The notes under the pieces were generated by a model that saw only the letters and a program-made list of their open reading frames with translations, had not been told where the DNA came from and searched no databases. Of a DNA stretch of 64,000 nt, positions 41,814 to 51,538 are shown one piece after another. The stretch lies in assembly GCA_963764505.1 (NCBI GenBank), contig CAVXSP010000002.1:38940-102939 (forward strand), written 5' to 3'. The DNA comes from an uncultured Acidobacteriota bacterium (lineage in GTDB: Bacteria > Acidobacteriota > Vicinamibacteria > Vicinamibacterales > SCN-69-37). Both the position numbers and the translations under genes were made by a program. Position 1 is the stretch's first letter. Every line of letters starts with the position of its first letter.

Positions 41814-42947
41814 ATGGCCGACCCGTTCGACGACCTCGATCGACTCGTGTCGGAGCTCGATGGTGAGCGGGTTCGCCCACCCCGCGGCGAGTCTCGGCTC
41901 GAGTTCTGGCTGCGCGCCGTCGCCGAGCGCGAGGCGAGCGATCTCCTGCTCGTCGCGGGCGAGCCGCCGGCCTTCCGTGTTCACGGCCGCATCGTGCGCA
42001 GCAGCGCGGCCGTGCTCGACGGCGCGGAGATCGAGGAGCTCGTGCTGCCGGAGCTGCCGCCCCACGCGCAGCGGGCGTTCCGGGAGACGGGTGCATCCGA
42101 CGCGTCCCGCCGAGTGGCCGGTGTCGGACGGTTCCGGATCAACCTCCACCGGGAGCGGGGACGCGCAGCCGCCGCCATCCGCATGCTGCCGTGCAGGGTG
42201 CCGACGCTGGCGGGTCTCGATCTTCCCCCTGGGACCGAGTTGCTGACGCAGCTCACGCGCGGCCTCGTCCTCATCGGCGGGGCGACCGGCTCGGGCAAGA
42301 CGACCACGCTCGCGGCCATCGTCGGCGAGATCAACCAGCGGAGCGCCAGCCACATCATCACGATCGAGGACCCGATCGAATACGAGCACGCGAACCACAA
42401 GGGGATCGTCCAGCAGGTGGAAATTGGGCTCGACGCCCCCAGCTTCCCGGTCGCGCTCCGTGCCGCGCTGCGGCAGGCGCCCGATGTCATCGTGGTCGGC
42501 GAGATGCGGGATCCCGAGACGATGCAGATTGCCCTGGCGGCCGGCGAAACGGGACACCTCGTGTTCTCGACGCTTCACACGACGGACGTGCCGTCGACAA
42601 TCGCGCGCATGACCGACTCGTTTCCGGCCGAGCGGCAGCCGACCATCCGGCAGGAGATTGCCGCCGCGCTGAGCGCGGTCTTCGTCCAGACGCTGCTGCC
42701 GCGCCAGAGCGCCGGCGGCCGCGTGCCCGCCGCCGAGCTCCTGCTCGTCGGCTACGGCGCGCGGCAGCACATCCGTCGCAACGCGCTGCAGCACCTTCAC
42801 CAGGAGATCACGATCACGCGCAAGCTCGGCTCGTTCTCGCTCGAGGAGTGCCTCGCGCGTCTCGTGAAGGCGGGGGTCGTCGATCGCGCGGACGCGGCGG
42901 CCCGCGCCAATCATCCGGCCGACTTCGACCACGCGCTCGGCGCGTGA
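41814..42947 (+). CDS. PilT/PilU family type IV pilus ATPase
   Basis: GATGSGKTTTL, IITIEDPIEY, ALRQAPDVIVVGEMRD, ETGHLVFSTLHT. Confidence 0.92.
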   Translation: MADPFDDLDRLVSELDGERVRPPRGESRLEFWLRAVAEREASDLLLVAGEPPAFRVHGRIVRSSAAVLDGAEIEELVLPELPPHAQRAFRETGASDASRRVAGVGRFRINLHRERGRAAAAIRMLPCRVPTLAGLDLPPGTELLTQLTRGLVLIGGATGSGKTTTLAAIVGEINQRSASHIITIEDPIEYEHANHKGIVQQVEIGLDAPSFPVALRAALRQAPDVIVVGEMRDPETMQIALAAGETGHLVFSTLHTTDVPSTIARMTDSFPAERQPTIRQEIAAALSAVFVQTLLPRQSAGGRVPAAELLLVGYGARQHIRRNALQHLHQEITITRKLGSFSLEECLARLVKAGVVDRADAAARANHPADFDHALGA

Positions 42948-42974
42948 GACCCGCCGGACGAGGCGCTTCCGACG

Positions 42975-45900
42975 TCAGCGCCGGCGTCCGGCCAGCGTCA
43001 GATAGGCCGACGGCACCAGGTACAGCGTGACCAGCGTCGACAGGCTCAGCCCTCCGATGACGGCGAGCGCGAGCGGCTTCTGGAGCTCCGCGCCGGCGCC
43101 GATGCCGAGCGCGAGCGGCAGCAGTCCGAACAGCGTGCACAGCGTCGTCATCAGGATGGGCCGAAGGCGCACGCGGCCGGCGGCGAAAATGGCATCGGCG
43201 AGCGGCAGGCCGTCCGCGTGGCGCTTCTCGGCGAAGTCCAGGAGCACGATGCCGTTCTTGACGACGAGGCCGACGAGCAGGATCAGGCCCATGGCGGAGG
43301 AGACGTTCAGCTCCGTGCCCGTGAGGATCAGGAGCCCCAGCGCGCCGCCGAGCGAGAGCGGCGCGGCGGCCAGGATCAGCGCGGCCTGGGTGAACCGGCG
43401 GAACTGGATCACGAGAATGACGAAGACGAGCGCGGTCGCGATCCCGGACACGAGCAGCAGCTCGCGGAACGCCTGCCGCTGCGACTGGTACTGTCCGCCG
43501 ATCTCGTACGTGTAGCCGACCGGCAGACGTATCCCCTCCAGCACGGCGCGAATCTCCTGCACGGCGCCGCCCAGGTCGCGGTTCTCCAGCCGAGCGGTGA
43601 CGAGCGCCATGGGCCGAAGGTTCTCGCGCAGGAGCTCGGGTTCACCCGGCTCTTCGGTAATCGTCACGAGCGAGGAGGCCGGCACCAGCTGACCGTCGGC
43701 GCCGCGCACGGGCGTGTCCGGCAGCCGCGCCGGGTGGAACCGGCTGACATCCGGGAAGCGCACCCTCACCGGAATCGTCCGGTCGAACAGGCGCAGCTCC
43801 GTTGCCACGTCGCCGAGCCACGCGTTCGACAACTGCGCCGCCACCTGCGCGACCGTGAGGCCGAGCCGGCCCGCCGTCACGGGATCGATGTGCCAGGTCA
43901 CCTCGGGCGAGCCTTCCTGCAGTCCGACGACGTCGACGACGCCGCGAATCTTCTCGAGGCGCGATTCGACGTCCTCCGACAGCTGATTCAGCTCCGCCTG
44001 ATCGTCCCCGAAGATCTTCACCTCGATCGGATCGGGCGCGCCTTCGAGGTCGCCCAGCATGTCCTGGAGGAGCTGGACGAACTCGATATCGGTGTCTGGG
44101 ACCGCGTCGGCGATCTTGTCGCGGAGATCGGTCAACACCTCTTCCGCCGATCGGCTCCGCTGGTTGCGCGGTTTGAGCCGGACGAGGATGTCGCCGCTGT
44201 TGATCTGCGTGGCGAACATGCCCATCTCGGAGCCCGTGCGCCGGACGAAGGAGGCCACCTCGGGTGTCTCGCGCAGGAGGGCCTCGACCTTGCGCATCCG
44301 CGCGTCGGTCTCCTCGAAGGAGCTGCCGGCGGGCGTGATGTAGTCGATCACGAAGCCGCCCTCGTCAGCCTTGGGCAGAAACCCCGTCCCCACCCCGAAG
44401 TACCCCGCAGCCGCCGCGCCGGCCAGCACCAGCGCGACGAGGGCGACGAGGACGTTGCGCCCGAAGAGCAGGGGCAGCGTGCGGACGTAGACGCGATCGA
44501 GCACGCCCGGCCGGTCCTCGTGGTGCGCGCGGTCGTCGGCATGCGGCCGGTACGCCATCCGCGCGAGCAGCGGCGTCAGGGTGAGGGACAGCGCGAGCGA
44601 GATGAGCACGGCCACCGACAGCGTGATCGACAGCGCCTTGAAGAAGTCGCCGACGACTCCCTGCAGCAGGCCGAGCGGCGTGAAGACGACCACGGTCGTG
44701 AGTGTCGAGCCGACCACCGGTCCCACCAGTTCGCCGGTCGCGGCTTCGATCGCCGCGGTTCCGCCGCCCTCTGCGAGGCGCCGGTGGATGTTCTCCACCA
44801 CCACGACGGCGTCGTCGATCACCAGCCCGATGGCGACGGCCATGCCGCCCATGGACATGACGTTGATGGACGCGCCCAGGAGCCACATGAAGAAGAACGT
44901 CGAGACGACGGTGATTGGCAGCGTGCTCGCCGCGACGAGCGTGAGGCGCCAGTTGCGCAGGAACGCGAGCAGCACGAGCACCGCGAGCAGTCCGCCCACG
45001 ACGATCGCGTCGCGGACATTGGCGATCGCGGTCTGCACGAACGCGGCGAGGTCGTACGTCTTCGTGATCTTCAGGCCGGCCGGGAGCGTCTGGACGAGCT
45101 GCGCGAGCGCGTCCTCGAGCCCGCGCCGGATCGTCAGGATGTTGGCGCCGATCTGCTGCGAGACGTTGATCGACGTCGAAGGGCCGCCCTCCCCGACGAC
45201 GAGCATCGTGCGGTCCGGCGCGCCCGGCGTGACCGTGGCCAGATCGCGGACGCGAAGCGTCGCGCCGGCCTTCACGACCACGGGCGTGTCGCCGATCTGG
45301 CTCGCGGAGTCCCAGAGCCCGGAGGCCACGGCCAGGTGGAACTGGCCGTTCTCCGGATAGCGGCCGACGGGCTCCAGGAGATTCGCGCCCTTCAGCGCCG
45401 CGGCGACATCCTCGACCGTGAGCTTCGCCGCGAGCATCTTGGCCGGGTCGACGATCACCTCGATCTCGCGGGTGTCGCTCGACTGCACCTCGACTCGCCC
45501 CACGCCGGAGACGCGGGCGAGCGCCGGCCGGATCACGTAGAACGCGTAGTCGTTCAGATCGGCCGGCGGCAACGGCCCGGACAGGTTCAGGCTGTAGATG
45601 GGAAAGGCCGCCGGCGTGAGGCGGTCCACGAACAGCTCCGTGTCGGACGGCAGGTCGCCGCGGATCTCGGCGATGTAGCTCTGCGCCTGCTGGAGCGCCT
45701 GGATCATGTCGGTCGCTGGCTCGAACTGGGCGAAGATCTCCGTCGCCCCTCGAAACGTGCGCGACCGGACGCGGCGCACGCCGGGCACCTGCATCAGCGC
45801 CTGCTCCAGCGGGCGCGCGACCGTCAGCGTCATCGTCGCCGCGGGCGTCGTTCCGGCGTGCGCGATGACGGCGATGCGGGGAAACTGCAGCGGCGGGTAG

Positions 45901-46007
45901 ATGCTGCTCGGCAGCGAGAAGCTCGCGATCGCCCCGGCGAGCACGAGCAGACCGGTGACGAGCAGGACCGCGCGCGACTGCCGGAGAGCGAACCGGGCCG
46001 GATTCAT
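42975..46007 (-). CDS. RND efflux transporter permease (AcrB/CusA superfamily)
   Basis: About 1010 aa from ATG 46007; GLVIDDAVVVVENI, GLVVKNGIVLLD, RLRPILMTT, PLALAVIGGL. Confidence 0.95.
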   Translation of the reverse strand: MNPARFALRQSRAVLLVTGLLVLAGAIASFSLPSSIYPPLQFPRIAVIAHAGTTPAATMTLTVARPLEQALMQVPGVRRVRSRTFRGATEIFAQFEPATDMIQALQQAQSYIAEIRGDLPSDTELFVDRLTPAAFPIYSLNLSGPLPPADLNDYAFYVIRPALARVSGVGRVEVQSSDTREIEVIVDPAKMLAAKLTVEDVAAALKGANLLEPVGRYPENGQFHLAVASGLWDSASQIGDTPVVVKAGATLRVRDLATVTPGAPDRTMLVVGEGGPSTSINVSQQIGANILTIRRGLEDALAQLVQTLPAGLKITKTYDLAAFVQTAIANVRDAIVVGGLLAVLVLLAFLRNWRLTLVAASTLPITVVSTFFFMWLLGASINVMSMGGMAVAIGLVIDDAVVVVENIHRRLAEGGGTAAIEAATGELVGPVVGSTLTTVVVFTPLGLLQGVVGDFFKALSITLSVAVLISLALSLTLTPLLARMAYRPHADDRAHHEDRPGVLDRVYVRTLPLLFGRNVLVALVALVLAGAAAAGYFGVGTGFLPKADEGGFVIDYITPAGSSFEETDARMRKVEALLRETPEVASFVRRTGSEMGMFATQINSGDILVRLKPRNQRSRSAEEVLTDLRDKIADAVPDTDIEFVQLLQDMLGDLEGAPDPIEVKIFGDDQAELNQLSEDVESRLEKIRGVVDVVGLQEGSPEVTWHIDPVTAGRLGLTVAQVAAQLSNAWLGDVATELRLFDRTIPVRVRFPDVSRFHPARLPDTPVRGADGQLVPASSLVTITEEPGEPELLRENLRPMALVTARLENRDLGGAVQEIRAVLEGIRLPVGYTYEIGGQYQSQRQAFRELLLVSGIATALVFVILVIQFRRFTQAALILAAAPLSLGGALGLLILTGTELNVSSAMGLILLVGLVVKNGIVLLDFAEKRHADGLPLADAIFAAGRVRLRPILMTTLCTLFGLLPLALGIGAGAELQKPLALAVIGGLSLSTLVTLYLVPSAYLTLAGRRR

Positions 46008-47131
46008 TGCTCGACCGTGACGTCCGCGCCGTCGGGCAGCTCCTTCTGGCCGCGGACGATGACGCGGTCGCCGGCCTGGAGCCCGCTCGTGATCTCCACG
46101 GCGTCGTGCGTGGCCAGGCCGATCGTGACCGGATGCTTGTGCGCCTTCTTGTCCGCGCCGGCCACCATCACGAACGGTTCGCCTTCCTCGCGGACGATCG
46201 CGGCTGCCGGGATGACGAGGGCCTTCGGATGCTCCTCGGCCACGATCTCGACCTGCACGACCGTGCCGGCCGCCAGGCGCGTCGGCGCGACGAAGCCGAG
46301 GCGCACGGGTGCCGTCGCGCTGGCGGAATCCACGTGCGCTGGTCGGGTCAGCACGCTCGCAGCTTCCGGCTCGTCGCGGCCGGGCAGCACGACGCGCGCC
46401 GCGTGCCCGACGACCACGCGCGCCACCTCGGCCGCCGGGATCGCGGCGACGACCTGGAGCTCCGCGGGGTTGATTACTTTGAGGATCGGATCGCTCGCCG
46501 ACGCGTCGACGAGGTCCCCCGGATTGTGGAAGCGCTGCGAGACGATGCCGGCGAACGGCGCGCGGACGACGGCGCGTGTCGAGAGGGCGGCCGCGGCCTC
46601 GACGGCGCTCTTCGCCTGCGCCAGATCGGCTTCGGCCTCGGCCTGCTGTCGCTTGGCGTCCTCGACCTCGCGCGGCGCTGCGACGCCCTCCGAGAGCAAA
46701 CCGGACAATCGCGCGAAGCTGGCCCTGGCGGCCTCGAGGCGCGCGTCGGCCTGCGCCACGGCCGCCTGCCTGGCCGCGAGGTCCGAGGCCATGCTCGGAA
46801 TGTCGAACCGCACCAGCAGATCGCCCTGGCGCACTGCGTCGCCCTCGGCCTTCGGGAGCTCGGCGATGCGCGCCGGGGCCGGGGCGACCACCGTCAGCTC
46901 GGCGCCGGGTGCCGGCGTCACGGTCCCTGCCGCCGTGATCGTGCTCTGGAACGTCTCCACCTTGGCCGCTTCGACGGTGACCGGCACCGCCGCCTGGGTT
47001 TCCACCTGCTCGACCGACGCCCGTTCGCACGATGCGGCCGCCAGGCCGAGCGCGAGGACGCCGGCGAGCGCCAGGCGTGCCGCACGCCGGCGCGGCTCGG
47101 CCGCACGCTCCGAAGGTCGCAGTGGCCTCAT
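46004..47131 (-). CDS. RND periplasmic adaptor (membrane fusion) lipoprotein
   Basis: LAAAS-C lipobox, EGDAVRQGDLL, VRAPFAG, GLQAGDRVIVRG. Confidence 0.92.
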   Translation of the reverse strand: MRPLRPSERAAEPRRRAARLALAGVLALGLAAASCERASVEQVETQAAVPVTVEAAKVETFQSTITAAGTVTPAPGAELTVVAPAPARIAELPKAEGDAVRQGDLLVRFDIPSMASDLAARQAAVAQADARLEAARASFARLSGLLSEGVAAPREVEDAKRQQAEAEADLAQAKSAVEAAAALSTRAVVRAPFAGIVSQRFHNPGDLVDASASDPILKVINPAELQVVAAIPAAEVARVVVGHAARVVLPGRDEPEAASVLTRPAHVDSASATAPVRLGFVAPTRLAAGTVVQVEIVAEEHPKALVIPAAAIVREEGEPFVMVAGADKKAHKHPVTIGLATHDAVEITSGLQAGDRVIVRGQKELPDGADVTVEQ

Positions 47132-48360
47132 TGCACGCCGGCTCCTATCGCGCGCTCGAGATCGGCGAGCGCATGCTGGAAGTCCTGCGCCGCCTGCAGG
47201 CCGCCCTGGCGTGTCTCGCGCGCGGTCCGGAGCGCCTCGACGAGCGCCACGAGGCCGGTCTGGCCCGCGCTGTACGCGATTTGCGCCTGCCGCTCGGCTT
47301 CGAGCGCGAGGGGCAGGATCTCGGTCTGATACCGCGTGAGGCGGTCCCGGGCGGCGTCGGCGCGCGCGAGCGCCGACGCGATCGCGCCCTCGATCCGGGC
47401 GACGGCGGCCTCGCGTTCGCCCTTGAGGCGCGCCAGCTCGGCTTCCTCGACGAGCACGCCCGCCTGGTGCGTGGTGAAGACGGGAAGCGTGATCGCGCCG
47501 GTCACGCGCCATCCGTACTTGAACTCCGGCTCCGCGTCATAGGTGAGCGCCGAGCCGGCGGAGATGTCCGGTGTCCGAAGCGCCCGGGCCAGACGCACGC
47601 GGGCGGTCTGCGCGTCGATCTGACGGTCGAGCGACTGCAGCTCGGCGTTCGATTGCGTGGCCTGCGCGAACGCGTCCTGCAGGCTCATGAGCACGCCCGT
47701 CGTCATCTGGTCGGCGAGGGTCAGCGGGGTTCCGGCCGTCTGGCCGAGCAGCGCGTTGAGATCCTCCCGGGCCGCGACGGCCTCGCCGCGTGCGGCCGCG
47801 AGCTCGTTGTCGCTCGACGCGAGGGCCAGAGAGGCCTGCGTGAGGTCCGACTGCGGCACGTCGCCGGCATCCACGCGCGCCCGGGCGGCGTCCCGCGCGC
47901 GCGTCGCCAGCGCCTGCAGTTCCTCGGCGAACGCCACTCGCTGATCGGCCGCGACGACGTCGAAGTAGGTGCGCCGGACGTCGTTGCGCACTTCCGCGAC
48001 CACGCGCGCGAGGTCGGCCTCGCTCACGGCGACGGCGGCGTTGGCGGCGTCGATGCGCGCCTGACGCTTGCCGCCGAGCTCGATCGGCACGGTCGCCCCG
48101 AGCGCCTGCCGCGGCACGTCGCGCGAGCCTTCGAACGACACCTCGGGGTTGGGACGCTCGCGCGCCACGCCGACGGCCGCGACATTCACGGGCCGCTGCA
48201 GTCGCGAGGCCGCGATCGTGCGGTTCGCCGCCAGGGCCCGTTCGATCGCCTGCTCGAGCGTCAGGGCCGAAGCCGGGGTCTGGCCGGGCGCCGGACGCGG
48301 GGCGACGAGGCATCCGACGAGCGCCGCCACGCAGCCGAAGACGGAGCACAGCCGTGGCAT
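47128..48360 (-). CDS. TolC family outer membrane efflux protein
   Basis: LTLEQAIERALAAN, PNPEV, IELGGKR, ITLPVF, YSAGQTGLVALVEA. Confidence 0.92.
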   Translation of the reverse strand: MPRLCSVFGCVAALVGCLVAPRPAPGQTPASALTLEQAIERALAANRTIAASRLQRPVNVAAVGVARERPNPEVSFEGSRDVPRQALGATVPIELGGKRQARIDAANAAVAVSEADLARVVAEVRNDVRRTYFDVVAADQRVAFAEELQALATRARDAARARVDAGDVPQSDLTQASLALASSDNELAAARGEAVAAREDLNALLGQTAGTPLTLADQMTTGVLMSLQDAFAQATQSNAELQSLDRQIDAQTARVRLARALRTPDISAGSALTYDAEPEFKYGWRVTGAITLPVFTTHQAGVLVEEAELARLKGEREAAVARIEGAIASALARADAARDRLTRYQTEILPLALEAERQAQIAYSAGQTGLVALVEALRTARETRQGGLQAAQDFQHALADLERAIGAGVQ

Positions 48361-48510
48361 GCAGCGATTGTAGGTCAGGCGTGCGCGCGGACCGACACAC
48401 GAAACGAGGCGGGATCGTTCTGCCGACGGCGGCTCAACTGGGTCGGGCCGTCCATGCTCACGCGAGTACGCATCCGATCTCCCTTCGCTCGGTCATTGAA
48501 CCACGCGTTC

Positions 48511-48527
48511 CTGAAGAACGTCTGAAG
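48511..48527. promoter_or_regulatory. Direct repeat CTGAAG-N5-CTGAAG, candidate OmpR-family regulator site
   Basis: 11-bp periodic repeat in the divergent gap between the RND operon and the response regulator. Confidence 0.55.
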
Positions 48528-48589
48528 CCGGCGCGGCGGGCGGCCTCGCGGCGACGAGCGTGTACAATCGAGCCGGAACCGGGCGGATC

Positions 48590-49270
48590 ATGCGGCTGCT
48601 GCTGGTCGAGGACAACGCGCGCATGCGGGCGCTCATCCGCAGAGGTCTGGTCGAATACGGCCACGTGGTCGACGTCGCCGACGCCGGACCGGCCGCGGTC
48701 GAATGCGCCCGCGGCGGGTCCTTCGACGTCCTGGTCGTGGACGTGATGTTGCCCGGGTGCAGCGGCGTGGAGGCCGTGCGGCGGATCCGCGCGAACGGTG
48801 ATCGGACGCCGGTGCTGATGCTGACGGCGCGCGACGCGGCCGCCGACGTCGTGGCCGGCCTCGATGCCGGCGCCGACGACTATCTCACCAAGCCGTTCTC
48901 CTTTGTCGTGCTGCTGGCGAGGCTGCGGGCGCTGGGACGCCGGGGGCCGGCGCTCCACGGGACCCTCCTGACCTCGTCCGATCTGTCGCTCGACGTTGCC
49001 AGCCACGCGGTCACTCGCGCGGGCGCGCTCGTGCCGCTGACGCGCACCGAATTCAATCTGCTCGAGTGCCTGCTGCGCAACGCGGGACGCGTGGTCACCC
49101 GCCGGTCGCTGATCGAACATCTCTGGGGCACGGCGCGCGAGGTCGAGGAGAACACGCTGGATGCATTCGTGAAATCGCTCCGGCGGAAGCTCGATGCCGG
49201 CGATCGACCGCGCCTCATCCAGACGGTTCGCGGCGTGGGCTACAGCCTGCGGGAGGGAGGTCCCGAGTGA
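48590..49270 (+). CDS. OmpR-family response regulator (CusR/CzcR-like)
   Basis: MRLLLVED, DVMLPG, GLDAGADDYLTKPF, LTRTEF, IQTVRGVGY. Confidence 0.95.
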   Translation: MRLLLVEDNARMRALIRRGLVEYGHVVDVADAGPAAVECARGGSFDVLVVDVMLPGCSGVEAVRRIRANGDRTPVLMLTARDAAADVVAGLDAGADDYLTKPFSFVVLLARLRALGRRGPALHGTLLTSSDLSLDVASHAVTRAGALVPLTRTEFNLLECLLRNAGRVVTRRSLIEHLWGTAREVEENTLDAFVKSLRRKLDAGDRPRLIQTVRGVGYSLREGGPE

Positions 49271-50706
49271 GCCCGCGCTCGATTCGCGCCCGCCTGACGA
49301 CCTCGTACCTGGCCGCCATCGGCCTGACGATGGTGGCGTTGGCGCTGGGAAGCTGGTGGCTCTTCCATCGCAGCATCGTCTCGGCCGCGGACCGCAGCCT
49401 GGCCGAGCGCATCGACGGCGTGCACCGGTTCATCGACGCGATGCAGCGCTCGCTGGCGCCCGGTGAAGTGCAGGACGAGCTCGCCGAATACGGACAGTTG
49501 AGCGCGGGCGAGCCCCTGCTCGAGGTCGTCGACGAGACCGGGACTCCGCTGTACCGGCCGGCGCTCGCCGACTGGGCCGAGGTCAGGACGGATGCCCCGC
49601 CGGCCGGGTCGATCCTGTTCACGAATCGCGTCGCGTCCGGCCGGCCGTTTCGCGTCGCGGCCGCGACGCTCATGGCCGGAGCCCGCCGGTACCGCGTCGT
49701 CGCGGCAGTTCCCATGGGACCCGCCGACGCTGCGCTGGCGCGGTTCGGCTGGCTGCTCGCGCTGCTGCTGCCGCCCATCGGGATCGCAGCCGCGGCCGCC
49801 GGGTACTGGATCAGCGGCCGTGCCCTCGCGCCCGTCGATCGCATGACGCGGACCGTCCAGGCGATCTCCCTGAGGAACCTGGACCGCCGGCTCGAGGTGC
49901 CGCACGCCGAAGACGAGCTCCGGCGACTGGCCGTCACGTTCAACGACATGCTCGCCAGGCTCCAGGCCGCCGTGGCCGACATGGTGCGTTTCACCGCGGA
50001 GGCCTCGCACGAGCTCCGCACGCCCGTGTCGCTGATGCGCGCGACGGCCGAGGTCACGTTGGCGCAGCCGAGGACGAACGAGGCCTATCGGGAGGCGCTT
50101 GCCGACGTGCTCGCCCAGACCGAGCGCCTCTCGGTGCTCGTCGCCGATCTGTTGTCGTTGGCGAGGGCAGACGCGGGCGTGGAGCCGCGCGAGACCGAGG
50201 ACGTGCACCTCGCCGCGCTCGTCGAGGAAGCGAGCCGCGAGGTGCGGCCGAGCCTCGAGCAGCGCGGACTGACGCTCGAGCTCAGACGGGAGTCCTCGGC
50301 CGCGGTCCGCGGCACGGCGGAGTCGCTGCACCGTCTGGTCCTCATCCTGCTCGACAACGCGATCAAGTACACCCCAGGCGGCGGCGTGCTGTCGCTGACG
50401 GTGCGGGAAGAGCGCGGGGCCGACAACGAGCGCATTGCGATCGTCGAACTCGCGGATACAGGGCCGGGGATCAGCCCGGTCGAGCTCCCATTCGTGTTCG
50501 ACCGGTTCTATCGCGGCGCGGCCGCCAGGGCCTCCGCAGACGGGAGCGGCCTCGGCCTGGCTCTGGCGCGCACGATCGTCGAGCGTCACGGCGGAGCGAT
50601 CGATCTCGATCCGGTTCCGCCGGGCGGGGGTTGTTGCGTCCGGGTGCGGCTGCCCGGCGTCGCGACCCGCGCGCCCGAATCCATTCAGGAGCCCGCGTCC
50701 GGCTGA
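49267..50706 (+). CDS. HAMP-domain sensor histidine kinase
   Basis: Two TM segments, HAMP, FTAEASHELRTP, LLDNAIKYT, DTGPGI, FDRFYR, GSGLGL; GTG overlaps the regulator stop. Confidence 0.95.
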   Translation: MSPRSIRARLTTSYLAAIGLTMVALALGSWWLFHRSIVSAADRSLAERIDGVHRFIDAMQRSLAPGEVQDELAEYGQLSAGEPLLEVVDETGTPLYRPALADWAEVRTDAPPAGSILFTNRVASGRPFRVAAATLMAGARRYRVVAAVPMGPADAALARFGWLLALLLPPIGIAAAAAGYWISGRALAPVDRMTRTVQAISLRNLDRRLEVPHAEDELRRLAVTFNDMLARLQAAVADMVRFTAEASHELRTPVSLMRATAEVTLAQPRTNEAYREALADVLAQTERLSVLVADLLSLARADAGVEPRETEDVHLAALVEEASREVRPSLEQRGLTLELRRESSAAVRGTAESLHRLVLILLDNAIKYTPGGGVLSLTVREERGADNERIAIVELADTGPGISPVELPFVFDRFYRGAAARASADGSGLGLALARTIVERHGGAIDLDPVPPGGGCCVRVRLPGVATRAPESIQEPASG

Positions 50707-50791
50707 ACGGAGATCTCCGTTCGCGGATGAGGAAATCACCCGACGAGCCGGCGCGCTCGCAGCATCGTCCTCACCAATAGGGGAGGACACG

Positions 50792-51361
50792 ATGAGGAAC
50801 AGTTACGGGCTTGTGGCTGCGGGGGTGCTGAGCGTCATTGTCCTTGTGCCGGCCAGCGCGGCCGCTCAGGCCGCAGTGCCGGATACCGGAATGACCGCCG
50901 TCGGCTTCACCGTCGGCGCGTCGCTGCCGAGCGATGAAGCGCTCGACAACGGCGTCGATTTCGGCGCGCAGGTGGAGCGATACCTGACGCCGCGGGAGTC
51001 GGTGCGCGGGAAGATCAGCGGTGCCTGGTTCGACATCAGCGGGCGGGGGTTCACCGGGACCGTTCACCCGATCGCGCTGGAGGGGAACCTCGTGCACAAC
51101 TGGGAACGGGGGATCTGGCACCCGTACGTGACCGCCGGAATCGGCTGGTATCACTACAAGTTCACCGAGTCTTCGCTCGACAGCAGCGATAACAAGTTCG
51201 GCGTGAACCTGGGCGGCGGCGCGGAGTATTTCCTCACGCGCCATGACACGCTCCTGGGAGAACTGCAGGTTCGCCTCGTGCCGGGCCGCACCGACAGCCT
51301 GCTGACGGACTACGAGTCCGGCTATTGGACGCTGGCGTTCGGGTACAAGAAATACTTCTGA
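50792..51361 (+). CDS. Outer membrane beta-barrel (OmpA-like TM domain) protein
   Basis: GGAGG SD, signal peptide, HPYVTAGIG, FGVNLGGGAEYF, C-terminal aromatic YKKYF. Confidence 0.85.
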   Translation: MRNSYGLVAAGVLSVIVLVPASAAAQAAVPDTGMTAVGFTVGASLPSDEALDNGVDFGAQVERYLTPRESVRGKISGAWFDISGRGFTGTVHPIALEGNLVHNWERGIWHPYVTAGIGWYHYKFTESSLDSSDNKFGVNLGGGAEYFLTRHDTLLGELQVRLVPGRTDSLLTDYESGYWTLAFGYKKYF

Positions 51362-51474
51362 GGTTCCGGGGTTCCAGGGTTCCGGGGTTCGGGAGCCGCG
51401 GCGTGCGACGTGCCATTTTCCGGCGGGCCGAACCTCGGAACCCCAGAACCCCAGGAACCCGGAACCCCGGAGCC
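51362..51474. repeat. Two inverted octamer tandem arrays (GGTTCCRG)n ... (CYRGAACC)n
   Basis: Left: GGTTCCGG GGTTCCAG GGTTCCGG GGTTCGG. Right: CCGAACC TCGGAACC CCAGAACC CCAGGAACC CGGAACC CCGGAGCC. Spacer about 35 nt. Confidence 0.9.
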
Positions 51475-51538
51475 CACCCCGTGGTGACAGAACCCGCCGC
51501 GACCGATACAATCAAGCAGCCTCGACCGAGGCTTCCTG

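Noticed and set aside
43218-47339. 1373-aa plus-strand ORF
   Set aside because: Antisense mirror of the RND and adaptor genes.
50749-50764. Sigma54 box upstream of the beta-barrel gene (CGGCGCGCTCGCAGCA)
   Set aside because: Only GG-N10-GC matches; it lacks the TT at -14 and is expected by chance in GC-rich DNA.
28022-51474. Short repeats as CRISPR arrays
   Set aside because: Units are 7-8 nt and contiguous, with no unique spacers and no cas genes.
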